A stretch of DNA of 61,018 nucleotides, the filler included, from Nemertoderma westbladi (lineage: Eukaryota; Animalia; Xenacoelomorpha): assembly GCA_032718475.1 (NCBI GenBank). It is 3 parts of 3 records of this genome, joined end to end, with 100 filler letters (N's around TTAATTAATTAA, not from the genome) between each part and the next. Parts side by side here need not be neighbours in the genome. Positions count along the whole stretch, not along the records: positions 40,799 to 61,018 come from JAUCBJ010003626.1; 2 more parts are not named here. One strand, 5' to 3'. The position numbers were made by a program, and so were the translations under genes. The stretch's first letter is position 1. Every line of letters begins with the position of its first letter. This document shows positions 49,270 to 61,018 of this stretch, one piece after another. The notes beneath the pieces were generated by a model. It was not told the origin of the DNA and made no database searches. It worked only from the letters and a program-made list of their open reading frames with translations.

Positions 49270-52200
49270 TACTGCTTCAGTTTTCCTTCACACTACATTC
49301 CCCTAGAGATATTATATAGTTTTTCTTAGAGTGTAAATAATTCTTCAGCTCAGCAGAAATAAGAGAGGGTCCTCTGTCAGTATGTAAATATGATGGAAAT
49401 CCAAATATGGAGAAAAGTTATGACAAGCATGATATTACCGTGGAAGCCTGCATATTCTTACATGGGTAAATAAATGGGAAGCGTGATTACTCTTATTATG
49501 GTGAGGAAGTATTTGTTTTGAGTAGATGAGGGAAGGGGTCCCTTGAAGTCTATATTAAGGCGCTCAAATGGTTGTTTAGCCTTAATAAGATGTCCTTCTT
49601 CTGGTGGTTTATAAAAGCGGGGTTTTGTTTTTGAACATATATCACAATGTGATATCACAGGTTTAATATCTTCTAGCGAATATGGCAGATTTCGAACTTT
49701 CACAAAGTAGTAAAACCTAGTACTACCAGGGTGACAGAGGGCATGATGCAGGTCTGTTAGTTAAGCAGAATTTAATGATACAAATTGCACGCAAAGTGTA
49801 TCTGCAGCCAGGTTACTACCAGGTTTATGTATTATATCGTATTGAACACAAGATAATTACGCGCCATCTAGTGATCTTATTATTCTTAGTTTTGCCATTT
49901 TCGTCTTGTCGAAGATAAAGGACTGGGATTTCTGATCCGTCTGGAGGATAAATAGTTTAGCATGTCATCACTTTCTAACTGATTCAATTATAGCATAGGC
50001 TTCCTTCTCAAATGTCTTAGCTTACTCTGATTGAGTGTTCTCGCAAAGAAGGCTACTGGTCTGCCATTTGGCCATAAAGTAGCTGCAATAGCTGCATCGC
50101 TCGCGTCAGTTTCAATTTCAAAGGGTATATTCTCATCTATAGAAATTACAGTTGCTCCTTCAATATCATTCTCAAAAGTAAAGAAGGCAGCCTGTGCATC
50201 TGCAGAAAGTGGAAAAGATTTAGATGTATGTGAGGTTTGATTTTATCTGAGAAATGGCAAACCCAGTTTGCATAATATGAGAATAAACCAATCGACCTCT
50301 GTAAGGCTTTATTGTTTGTAGGAAGGGGGAGGTTTCGGAGATGTTCCAACCTTTCAGTATCAGGTTTAAGTGAACCATGAGAAACTTCGTACCCGAGCAT
50401 AGATATGGAAAATGTTGGAAAATATACACTCACTGAAATTGAAAGTAAGACTGTGTGTGCTTCCTGGCAGTTATACTAGGAACTTATTGAGATTGTCATC
50501 ATGTTCTTTCTGTGTCATACCACAGATTGTAATATTGTCTAAGTAGACAAAGCAATCCTGGAGATTGTTTTCTTTTACCAAGTTATCCATAATTCGTTGA
50601 AATGCGGATACACCGTTGGTTACCCCATAAGGTATACACGTGGAGGCACAGCATCGATCCCAGTAGTTAGTAGGTATACATGTATACTGATACAGTGAAC
50701 TGTTTGCCTCGAATCCGGTGTAAAGTTTTCTTCTTTAGGAATAGGAATTTGATGATATGCACTTTTTAGGTCTAGGCAACTATAGAACTTGTACTTGGAT
50801 ACTTCATCGACTAGATCGTCTATACGGGGAACCGGATGGGCATCAAGTTGTGTATATTTTTTGATAGTTTGAGAAGAATCAACAACAAAGCGGCGTCTAT
50901 GATGACCCGTTTCAGGGACAACATGAACTTGAGCTCGCCATGGCGATGAACTGGGTTCTATAACTTGATCCTTCAGAAGTTTATCAATTTCCTTAGCAAT
51001 GTAATCATTCTCTGAACACAGTTAGTTTGAAGATTGGAGAATAAGCTTTGTGCAAATTAAGAGTTGCTTCTGGAAGTGTATCAGTTGTGATATTTTTTGC
51101 GGGGCAGCTTACAACAAGTTTCCCAAAATGAACCCTGGGTTCAGAAATGAAAGAAAATACCACATTTGAATGACGCTGCATAAAATCTTTACCTGGAATC
51201 ATATCGCAACAAAGATCTGGCATACAGCTAATTCAACTTCGTTATAATGTTTCAAAAATTTAAGCCAAACAATTTTAAACAATTTTCAATCTATTCCAAT
51301 GTGTTCGTACAGATCTTGCGATATCCCAAACGAATCAAAATCTAATGATTTTTATAATTTATTTGAAGAGTTGTGTAATAAACATCTCCCAAAAAAATTC
51401 ATACCACAAAAAAAATTGTCCGTAAACCATGGATTACGCAAGCTTTATTAAGATGTATTATTTAGAAAAGATAAACTTTTTGCCAAATTTGTAAGAATTC
51501 CAACAACATCCAACTAACTAACATATAAAAAATATAAAAACGGACTCAATACTATTTTAAAAGCGGCAGAAAAATCATTTTATGTACGGCAGCTTAGTAA
51601 CTATAACGGAAATATGCGTAAAACATGGTCAGTTATCAGTAGAGTTTTAAACAGATCCAAAAATCGGGTGTTCCATCTAAGATGAAATATACGTCTGTCG
51701 ATGGTATACAAATTACCAATGATCAAACAAAAATTTCATCAATCCTAAATGAACTATAAACTGAACTATATATTCTAAAAATGAACTATATATTTTTTAT
51801 AAATTGAGACACATATTTCCCCTTCAGATTCTACGCACATTATACTTTAGTATTGAAATTACGTATTTACCGACACGCCGACATCAGGGAGTGATCATCC
51901 TTCATCCTTATATTACATACGCCATATCAGCTTGGGGTTCCACACATACGACAATTATTCGTCCACTTAGAACTAAAGTAAACAAAATATTGCGGCGCAT
52001 CACGTTTAGCCACTATCGGGATTCTTCTATACCTATCTACCATAATCTGCATATTCTCCCTCTCCAATCTTTCTATAACTTTTACTTAGGCCAACTATTA
52101 TTCGATTAGATTAGATCCGAATCAACATGGCAACTTGGGCCACAAAATTCAATAACTTAATAAAAAATAAATAAATACTACTAAAGAGACAACCCCGGAG

Positions 52201-53230
52201 TGCATTCGGCTAACTAAACCTTACTATAACGTTATACTATAAAGTTTGCTTTCTTCACAGTAAGATTACCCAAAACTCTAGGGTGTATGAAACTTTCAGA
52301 ACTTCCGCTATCGATCAACGCCTTGTACGGTTTCTTTTTGATCATAACATCAACTAAACTTCCTGATAAGCAGGTTGGAGCACCGATGGTAGCCAGAGTA
52401 GCAGAAGCAGAGGCAGTAACACCCTGTTTCTTCTTACTGTGAGACTCACAAACCTTGGCGAAGTGACCAATGTTTAGCTGGACACTCTTCACGTCCTCCG
52501 GGGTGCAGTTTACCACCACAGAAGTAACATTTCTTTACAGATGCCGATGTGTTTGGAGGATCGTTTCCTGAATCACCAAGATCTTGTCGACCCGTGCTGG
52601 GCGAGCTGTAATGAATCTTCATAAGGATTTTGAGCCAGAGCCAGACTGTAACCGCCTACTGCACCGCTTGGCTGGGAATTGTAAGCCTCCGAATTTTTTA
52701 AAGCATGTTCAAGGGTTCGCGACTGTTCATAGGCAGTGTTTAAGTCTAGAGTTGTATTATCTAGAAACCTATGTCGTATCAAGTTGGATGACCTACCAGA
52801 AATATACGCGTCTCGAATGTGTTCATCCCGGTTTACCTCGGCAGTTACAGCTTTAAAGCGCAATTTTTACTCAAGTCAACGCAGTTGCTGTAAATACTCA
52901 TCCAGTGTTTCAGATGAAGATTGTTTATGTTTATTTAGCGTATGGCGAGCGAATATTTCGTTTGTCGGTTTTACAAACAGATCGTACAATATCTTCACAG
53001 CACCGTCATAGCTGATACTCTCGGAAATGTAGTCAAAAATATAATGAAAAACATAGTTTGTAAGGATTGATAGTTTGTCCTCGTCTGACCTGTCTGAGGT
53101 CGCTTTTACTGCTTTAATAATACCATTGAATGTTTTAAAACAGTGGGTCCATTCCTTTTCGGCAGTTGGTGAATTCGTATCGTCGTCGAGTCGCGATGGA
53201 CGTAAATGCTTCTCCATTAGATCCTGTAGA
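49270..53230 (-). mobile_element. Ty3/Gypsy retrotransposon, degenerate (gag, PR, RT, RH, IN)
   Basis: gag MEKHLRPSRL…AEKEW; PR ALIDSGSSESF; RT VYLDNITIC, LGYEVS; integrase PFERLNIDFKGPLP. Confidence 0.92.
51250..52178 (+). mobile_element. CR1/L2/Crack-type LINE fragment inserted in the Gypsy protease region
   Basis: RKPWITQAL; LRTLYFS…PYITYAISAWG; A-rich tail; Gypsy protease continues on both sides. Confidence 0.82.
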
Positions 53231-56200
53231 TTGTTTAGAATCGTCGTCGAGTCGTGATGGACGTAAATGCTTCTCCATTAGATCCTGTAGATTGTTTAAT
53301 ATCGTCGTCGAGTCGTGATGGACGTAAATGCTTCTCCATTAGATCCTGTAGATTGTTTAGAATCGTCGTCGAGTCGTGATGGACGTAAATGCTTCTCCAT
53401 TAGATCCTGTAGATTGTTTAGAATCGTCGTCGGGTCGTGATGGACGTAAATGCTTCTCCATTAGATCCTGTAGATTGTTTAGTATCGTCGTCGAGTCGTG
53501 ATGGACGTAAATGCTTCTCCATTAGATCCTGTAGATTGTTTAGAATCGTCGTCGGGTCGTGATGGACGTAAATGCTTCTCCATTAGATCCTGTAGATTGT
53601 TTAGAATCGTCGTCGGGTCGTGATGGACGTAAATGCTTCTCCATTAGATCCTGTAGATTGTTTAGAATCGTCGTCGAGTCGTGATGGACGTAAATGCTTC
53701 TCCATTAGATCCTGTAGATTGTTTAGAATCGTCGTCGGGTCGTGATGGACGTAAATGCTTCTCCATTAGATCCTGTAGATTGTTTAGTATCGTCGTCGAG
53801 TCGTGATGGACGTAAATGCTTCTCCATTAGATCCTGTAGATTGTTTAGAATCGTCGTCGAGTCGTGATGGACGTAAATGCTTCTCCATTAGATCCTGTAG
53901 ATTGTTTAGTATCGTCGTAAGTCGTGATGGACGTAAATGCTTCTGCATTAGATCCTGTAGATTGTTTAGAATCGTCGTGAGTCGTGATGGACGTAAATGC
54001 TTCTCCATTAGATCCTGTAGATTGTTTAGTATCGTCGTCGAGTCGTGATGGACGTAAATGCTTCTCCATTAGATCCTGTAGATTGTTTAGTATCGTCGTC
54101 GAGTCGTGATGGACGTAAATGCTTCTCCATTAGATCCTGTAGATTGTTTAGTATCGTTGTCGAGTCGTGATGGACGTAAATGCTTCTCCATTAGATCCTG
54201 TAGATTGTTTAGAATCGTCGTCGGGTCGTGATGGACGTAAATGCTTCTCCATTAGATCCTGTAGATTGTTTAGTATCGTCGTCGAGTCGTGATGGACGTA
54301 AATGCTTCTCCATTAGATCCTGTAGATTGTTTAGAATCGTCGTCAAGTCGTGATGGACGTAAATGCTTCTCCATTAGATCCTGTAGATTGTTTAGTATCG
54401 TCATCGAGTCGTGGTGGACGTAAATGCTTCTCCATTAGATCCTGTAGATTGTTTAGAATCGTCGTCGAGTCGTGAGGGACGTAAATGCTTCTCCATTAGA
54501 TCCTGTAGATTGTTTAGAATCGTCGTCGAGTCGTGATGGACGTAAATGCTTCTCCATTAGATCCTGTAGATTGTTTAGAATCGTCGTCGGGTCGTGATGG
54601 ACGTAAATGCTTCTCCATTAGATCCTGTAGATTGTTTAGTATCGTCATCGAGTCGTGGTGGACGTAAATGCTTCTCCATTAAATCCTGTAGATTGTTTAG
54701 AATCGTCGTCGAGTCGTGAGGGACGTAAATGCTTCTCCATTAGATCCTGTAGATTGTTTAGAATCGTCGTCGGGTCGTGATGGACGTAAATGCTTCTCCA
54801 TTAGATCCTGTAGATTGTTTAGAATCGTCGTCGAGTCGTGATGGACGTAAATGCTTCTCCATTAGATCCTGTAGATTGTTTAGAATCGTCGTCGGGTCGT
54901 GATGGACGTAAATGCTTCTCCATTAGATCCTGTAGATTGTTTAGAATCGTCATCGAGTCGTGATGGACGTAAATGCTTCTCCATTAGATCCTGTAGATTG
55001 TTTAGAATCGTCGTCGGGTCGTGATGGACGTAAATGCTTCTCCATTAGATCCTGTAGATTGTTTAGTATCGTTGTCGAGTCGTGATGGACGTAAATGCTT
55101 CTCCATTAGATCCTGTAGATTGTTTAGAATCGTCGTCGGGTCGTGATGGACGTAAATGCTTCTCCATTAGATCCTGTAGATTGTTTAGTATCGTCGTCGA
55201 GTCGTGATGGACGTAAATGCTTCTCCATTAGATCCTGTAGATTGTTTAGAATCTTCGTCGAGTCGTGATGGACGTAAATGCTTCTCCATTAGATCCTGTA
55301 GATTGTTTAGAATCGTCGTCAAGTCGTGATGGACGTAAATGCTTCTCCATTAGATCCTGTAGATTGTTTAGAATCGTCGTCGAGTCGTGATGGACGTAAA
55401 TGCTTCTCCATTAGATCCTGTAGATTGTTTAGTATCGTCGTCGAGTCGTGATGGACGTAAATGCTTCTCCATTAGATCCTGTAGATTGTTTAGAATCGTC
55501 GTCGAGTCGTGATGGACGTAAATGCTTCTCCATTAGATCCTGTAGATTGTTTAGAATCGTTGTCGAGTCGTGATGGACGTAAATGCTTCTCCATTAGATC
55601 CTGTAGATTGTTTAGAATCGTCGTCGAGTCGTGATGGACGCAAATGCTTCTCCATTAGATCCTGTAGATTGTTTAGTATCGTCGTCGAGTCGTGATGGAC
55701 GTAAATGCTTCTCCATTAGATCCTGTAGATTGTTTAGAATCGTCGTCGAGTCGTGATGGACGTAAATGCTTCTCCATTAGATCCTGTAGATTGTTTAGAA
55801 TCGTCGTCGAGTCGTGAGGGACGTAAATGCTTCTCCATTAGATCCTGTAGATTGTTTAGAATCGTCGTCGAGTCGTGATGGACGTAAATGCTTCTCCATT
55901 AGATCCTGTAGATTGTTTAGTATCGTCGTCGAGTCGTGATGGACGTAAATGCTTCTCCATTAGATCCTGTAGATTGTTTAGAATCGTCGTCGAGTCGTGA
56001 TGGACGCAAATGCTTCTCCATTAGATCCTGTAGATTGTTTAGTATCGTCGTCGAGTCGTGATGGACGTAAATGCTTCTCCATTAGATCCTGTAGATTGTT
56101 TAGAATCGTCGTCGAGTCGTGATGGACGTAAATGCTTCTCCATTAGATCCTGTAGATTGTTTAGAATCGTCGTCGGGTCGTGATGGACGTAAATGCTTCT

Positions 56201-56580
56201 CCATTAGATCCTGTAGATTGTTTAGAATCGTCGTCGAGTCGTGATGGACGTAAATGCTTCTCCATTAGATCCTGTAGATTGTTTAGAATCGTCGTCGGGT
56301 CGTGATGGACGTAAATGCTTCTCCATTAGATCCTGTAGATTGTTTAGAATCGTTGTGAGTCGTGATGGACGTAAATGCTTCTCCATTAGATCCTGTAGAT
56401 TGTTTAGAATCGTCGTCGGGTCGTGATGGACGTAAATGCTTCTCCATTAGATCCTGTAGATTGTTTAGAATCGTCGTCGGGTCGTGATGGACGTAAATGC
56501 TTCTCCATTAGATCCTGTAGATTGTTTAGAATCGTCGTCGGGTCGTGATGGACGTAAATGCTTCTCCATTAGATCCTGTA
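53179..56580. repeat. 61-bp tandem satellite (~56 copies) derived from the Gypsy gag start
   Basis: Period 61; the minus strand of each unit contains ATG GAG AAG CAT TTA CGT CCA TCA CGA (MEKHLRPSR); the array runs directly into gag. Confidence 0.97.
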
Positions 56581-57513
56581 GTCAGATAATTGTAATGTTG
56601 CTAATGAAGAACAATATCACTTATCCGTCAGAATATAATAAATCACTAAACGGAGGTTTTTGTTAAATGGGTTTTCATGGTTGGTGAATTTATTTCAGAT
56701 GTTAAATTTCAGGTTTGGGGGAATCTAGGCTGCGTTTAAATCTGTCTGTATATATGTCGGTCTATCTGTCCGTCCGTCTGTCAAAAAATAAGGAAGCATT
56801 ACCACAAATGTAAAATTATCGCCATATGGGTTTTTATGGTCCGTGATTTCATTTCTGATGTTAATATTCACAGTTGATGAAATCTAGACTGCCTTTGTTC
56901 TACTGACAGACATACAGAAAGACAGACAAAGGGACAGGCAGACATTCTAAATCACATTAAAAGTAATAACGGACACCAGAAATGAAACCTCTTACTAAGA
57001 AATCCCCCATACAGAAAATTATAATTAGGTACTGTCCTTCCTTATTTTTTTGACGGACAGAAAAACCGACATACAGACACACTGACATACAGGCAACGTT
57101 TTTTGATAAATTTTTATTTTCGTGAAAATTTGCAGGGTACCATGTCCCCTTAACAGAAATAATATCAGATATATATTTCAGTTTCAGTTCGCAAAATATT
57201 TATAGTAGTTTTTTCCAGTTTAAATTCAGTTATATTTCACTTTGCAGTTTACCCCCATGTGAAGAATACCAGGTTTTCTCTAAAATTCAGGTTACGGAAG
57301 GGCTGAATATAACCAAAACAATAAACACAATTTCATTGTGTGCGGCTTCCTTATCAAAGTATATTTCTCAATCGCATTTTGCATGCTGCTATCAATCGCG
57401 AGCATCAGGTCTCTCGGAGGTAACGAGTTCGACCCCATCTGATTCGATTGAACTTAGTTTTGTATAGAAACTCCTCGCATTTTTATTAAATAATATATTT
57501 TTTGAACTTATAG

Positions 57514-57642
57514 ATCAGTAAAGACGGTTCCCCCGCAAAAGATTCCGCAAAGAAAAAGGACAAGAAGAAAGGTCTGCGAACCCCGTCCTTCCTAAAAGGT
57601 GCGAAAAAGAAGAAACAACAGCCGAAGGAGTCCGCCGTCTAA
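57514..57642 (+). CDS. hts: Terminal coding exon of adducin (MARCKS-related domain)
   Basis: ttatag acceptor; ISKDGSPAKDSAKKKDKKKGLRTPSFLKGAKKKKQQPKESAV*; KKKxxRTPSFLK is the adducin C-terminal signature. Confidence 0.88.
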   Translation: MSKDGSPAKDSAKKKDKKKGLRTPSFLKGAKKKKQQPKESAV

Positions 57643-60416
57643 CTTACTTTCAGTTTCAACTATTAATATTAGTTTAGAGGATGATTTACTCTGCGATTCC
57701 TTCCTGGTTCCTATGGTTACTATATGCTCATATTGTACACACAAGTCAGTATTCCTCCCACTAGAACGTTATTTTCCGCAGTTATTATTTGGTACGTTAA
57801 TTGGAAATATTCCAGACACTCATAGCGTTATTATTTATTTATTGTATAAGACTCGTGAGAACCCTTTATTAGTAGTATAAAGTAATCTTTATTGGGTTGC
57901 ATTAGTTTACAGAGCACTGCTATAGACCAATCATAGATTCCTTTACGGTCATTGGTTGCAGTGTACCAGTTGGTGTTTGGTCCAGCTAGGTGCGAGCATA
58001 AAAATATATATTTTCATCTTTACACAGTTAATTAATTAAGTCTGTTGTAATTGGTTGGTAGAATTTTAATTTAGAAAACCTATCTCCCTTACCGTTGCAA
58101 CAACCATGAAACCTCTTCTCAGAATTTGCTGTCGTCTATCGCTTAACTGTCTATCCCAAAGTTAACTTTTTGTTTTCATTATTTATTTAAATGAAGTTTG
58201 TGGAATCATTTGGGACATTTTTTTCAAATCGATTAATGAATTCAAAAAATACAAGAATGCTTTGAGTTTTAGAATTGAAATATTGGAATATTGTTGTGGT
58301 GGAGTGGCTTAGCGAAAAATTTGTGGCAAACAATTTTTTTAAGAGTAACTTGAGTATAAGGTTCGTAATAGGATTTGAGCATCCGGGGGTTTTATCATTA
58401 ATTTACCCAAAGTTACTCACAAAAAGGTTTCTCACTTTTTCACAATTTCACTTTTTATGTTGCTAAGCTACTCCACCATGTTGTATTCATTCAACACATT
58501 GTTATTGTGCTTGTTTCCATAGCAATGTGTGTTAGACGTTGTAACAAAGGTCTCATGTGAATCTGAGAAGAGGTTATTATTATTTGGCTGTACATCGGTT
58601 TGTAGCTTTGTAATTTACCCTACCGTATTTTATATTGCGCTTGTGCTAGCTATTACGATGGCGTTGGTATTAATTTATCTATAACTTATATCAATGTCTT
58701 CAGTTCGGTATAAATTGCTTTTGGTGTCTCGTTTTTTAGGACTTTTTACTCAATAATAATTTTATATTTTACGATGCTCGCTTCTTCTCTTTTTCACCAA
58801 CTGATTGAAAAACACAGATATTTTCGAGTTTATTAGAATTTATTAGTGTCATTTATTTCCGTATAGAATTTGGAAAATTTGTGAGGTTGAGATGGGAATG
58901 TAATATTGTGAAAATGCGATATAATTGATTATTAATCGTTTTATTCGTAACATTGTTCGAGTTGCGTATTGGTTTTTTTTTCTTAATACTTAGTTTAATT
59001 AAGGATAAAGGGCGTTGGAAACAACAGCCGAAGGAGTCCGCCGTCTAACTTACTTTCAGTTTCAACTATTAATATTAGTTTAGAGGATGATTTACTCTGC
59101 GATTCCTTCCTGGTTCCTATGGTTACTATATGCTCATATTGTACACACAAGTCAGTATTCCTCCCACTAGAACGTTATTTTCCGCAGTTATTATTTGGTA
59201 CGTTAATTGGAAATATTCCAGACACTCATAGCGTTATTATTTATTTATTGTATAAGACTTGTGAAAACTCTTTATTAGTAGTATAAAGTAATCTTTATTT
59301 GGTTGCATTAGTTTACAGAGCACTGCTGTAGACCAATCATAGATTCCTTTACGGTCATTGGTTGCAGTGTACCAGTTGGTGTTTGGTCCAGCTAGGTGCG
59401 AGCATAAAAATATAATTTTCCATCTTTACAGTTAATTAATTAAGTCTGTTGTAATTGGTTGGTAGAATTTTAATTTAGAAAACCTATCTCCCTTACCGTT
59501 GCAACAACCATGAAACCTCTTCTCAGAATTTGCTGCCGTCTATCGCTTAACTGTCTATCCCAAAGTTAACTTTTTGTTTTCATTATTTATTTAAATGAAG
59601 TTTGTGGAATCCTTTGGGACATTTTTTTCAAATCGATTAATGAATTCAAAAAATACAAGAATGCTTTGAGTTTTAGAATTGAAATATTGGAATATTGTTG
59701 TGGTGGAGTGGCTTAGCGAAAAATTCGTGGCAAACAATTTTTTTTAAGAGTAACTTGAGTATATAAGTATTAAGTATTTGAGCATCCGGGGGTTTTATCA
59801 TTAATTTAGCCAAAGTTACTCACAAAAAGATTTCTCACTTTTTCACAATTTCACTTTTTATGTTGCTAAGCTACTCCACCATGTTGTATTCATTCAACAC
59901 ATTGTTATTGTGCTTGTTTCCATAGCAATGTGTGTTAGACGTTGTAATAAAGGTCTCATGTGAATCTGAGAAGAGGTTATTAATTATTTGGCTGTACATC
60001 GGTTTGTAGCTTTGTAATTTACCCTACCGTATTTTATATTGCGCTTGTGCTAGCTATTACGATGGCGTTGGTATTAATTTATCTATAACTTATATCAATG
60101 TCTTCAGTTCGGTATAAATTGCTTTTGGTGTCTCGTTTTTTAGGACTTTTTACTCAATAATAATTTTATATTTTACGATGCTCGCTTCTTCTCTTTTTCA
60201 CCAACTGATTGAAAAACACAGTTATTTTCGAGTTTATTAGAATTTATTAGTGTCATTTATTTCCGTATAGAATTTGGAAAATTTGTGAGGTTGAGATGGG
60301 AATGTGAAAATGCGATATAATTTATTATTAATCGTTTTATTCGTAACATTGTTCGAGTTGCGTATTGGTTTTTTTTCTTAATATTTAGTTTAATTAAGGA
60401 TAAAGGGCGTTGGAAA
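57612..60416 (+). repeat. Tandem duplication (~1.4 kb x2) of the adducin stop codon and 3' UTR region
   Basis: 57612-59017 repeated at 59018-60412 with scattered substitutions and indels; GAAA microhomology at the junction. Confidence 0.95.
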
Positions 60417-61018
60417 AAACTGAATTAATATTTACTGCAGTTTTGATGGGATTGTAGTATCTACTGATTAATAGTTAGAAATTATTGCTTAAAGTTGATA
60501 ATTTAGTTATAATTTAATAAGCTAGTTGATTCTTTCCCAATATTTAAACTAGAAGCAAGATCTGCTCGGCTAACAATGTTTTTATTTTATATTGTTCTTA
60601 TTTTTTAATTATTAAGTATTATTTAGTTCATGTGTGATAATTTGTATTTAGTCTATATTGTGGTGATCTGAGTTCCAATCAATCTCACTAATTATAATTA
60701 CCAAAATAAATGCACAATCTTGCGAGATTCAGAAAATTCCACTGTAGCTGTTGTACATGTACATTTAGGTCTGCAAAATATGATAAATGTTTTGTTATTG
60801 TCGCCAACATCAAAATCATTCACTAGAATGCTGATAGTGGCTATCCCGCTATGATTCGAATGATATATTGAAATGTTCTGGGAGCTTATCTAGTGCAATT
60901 GTCATTATTAAAATTTGATAATATTCGACTGTGAATGGTAAAAAATTGGGTGGCAAATTCTAAACTTACAGTTAAACAAGTATTGTTCACAATTAATGAA
61001 TTAATGTACAACACAACC

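Noticed and set aside
53179-56580. CRISPR-like appearance of the arrays (also 124-1797 and 41819-45712)
   Set aside because: Units are head-to-tail with no unique spacers; no cas genes; eukaryotic context
14536-57642. A single gene fusing the Ig exon with the adducin tail
   Set aside because: Phases are compatible, but two assembly gaps intervene and no adducin head-domain exons are visible; unsupported

Overview
AT-rich, repeat-dense eukaryotic (probably invertebrate) genomic DNA, built from three contigs joined by two N-gaps. Most of it is nested, mostly degenerate mobile DNA: several LINEs (RTE, CR1/L2-like, one with an uninterrupted 754-aa RT ORF), two Ty3/Gypsy elements, one BEL/Pao element, a Polinton/Maverick (adintovirus-like) virion module, several MITEs, a Helentron/DINE-1-like element and four tandem arrays (35, 47, 22 and 61 bp units). 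Host exons are sparse: an Ig-like exon plus a micro-exon in contig 1, and the last two exons of an adducin (hts) gene, whose stop codon and downstream 1.4 kb are tandemly duplicated. Four observations stand out. (1) The BEL/Pao element carries, between integrase and PPT, an extra coding region with a WRN/RNase D-type DEDDy exonuclease and CCHC knuckles. (2) A long-TIR element encloses a tRNA-derived Pol III head fused directly to a hammerhead ribozyme, with a second canonical hammerhead about 0.7 kb away. (3) The Polinton has two tandem minor-capsid genes. (4) A 61-bp satellite was born from a Gypsy gag start codon. All family assignments come from motif recognition by eye; no database searches were run.
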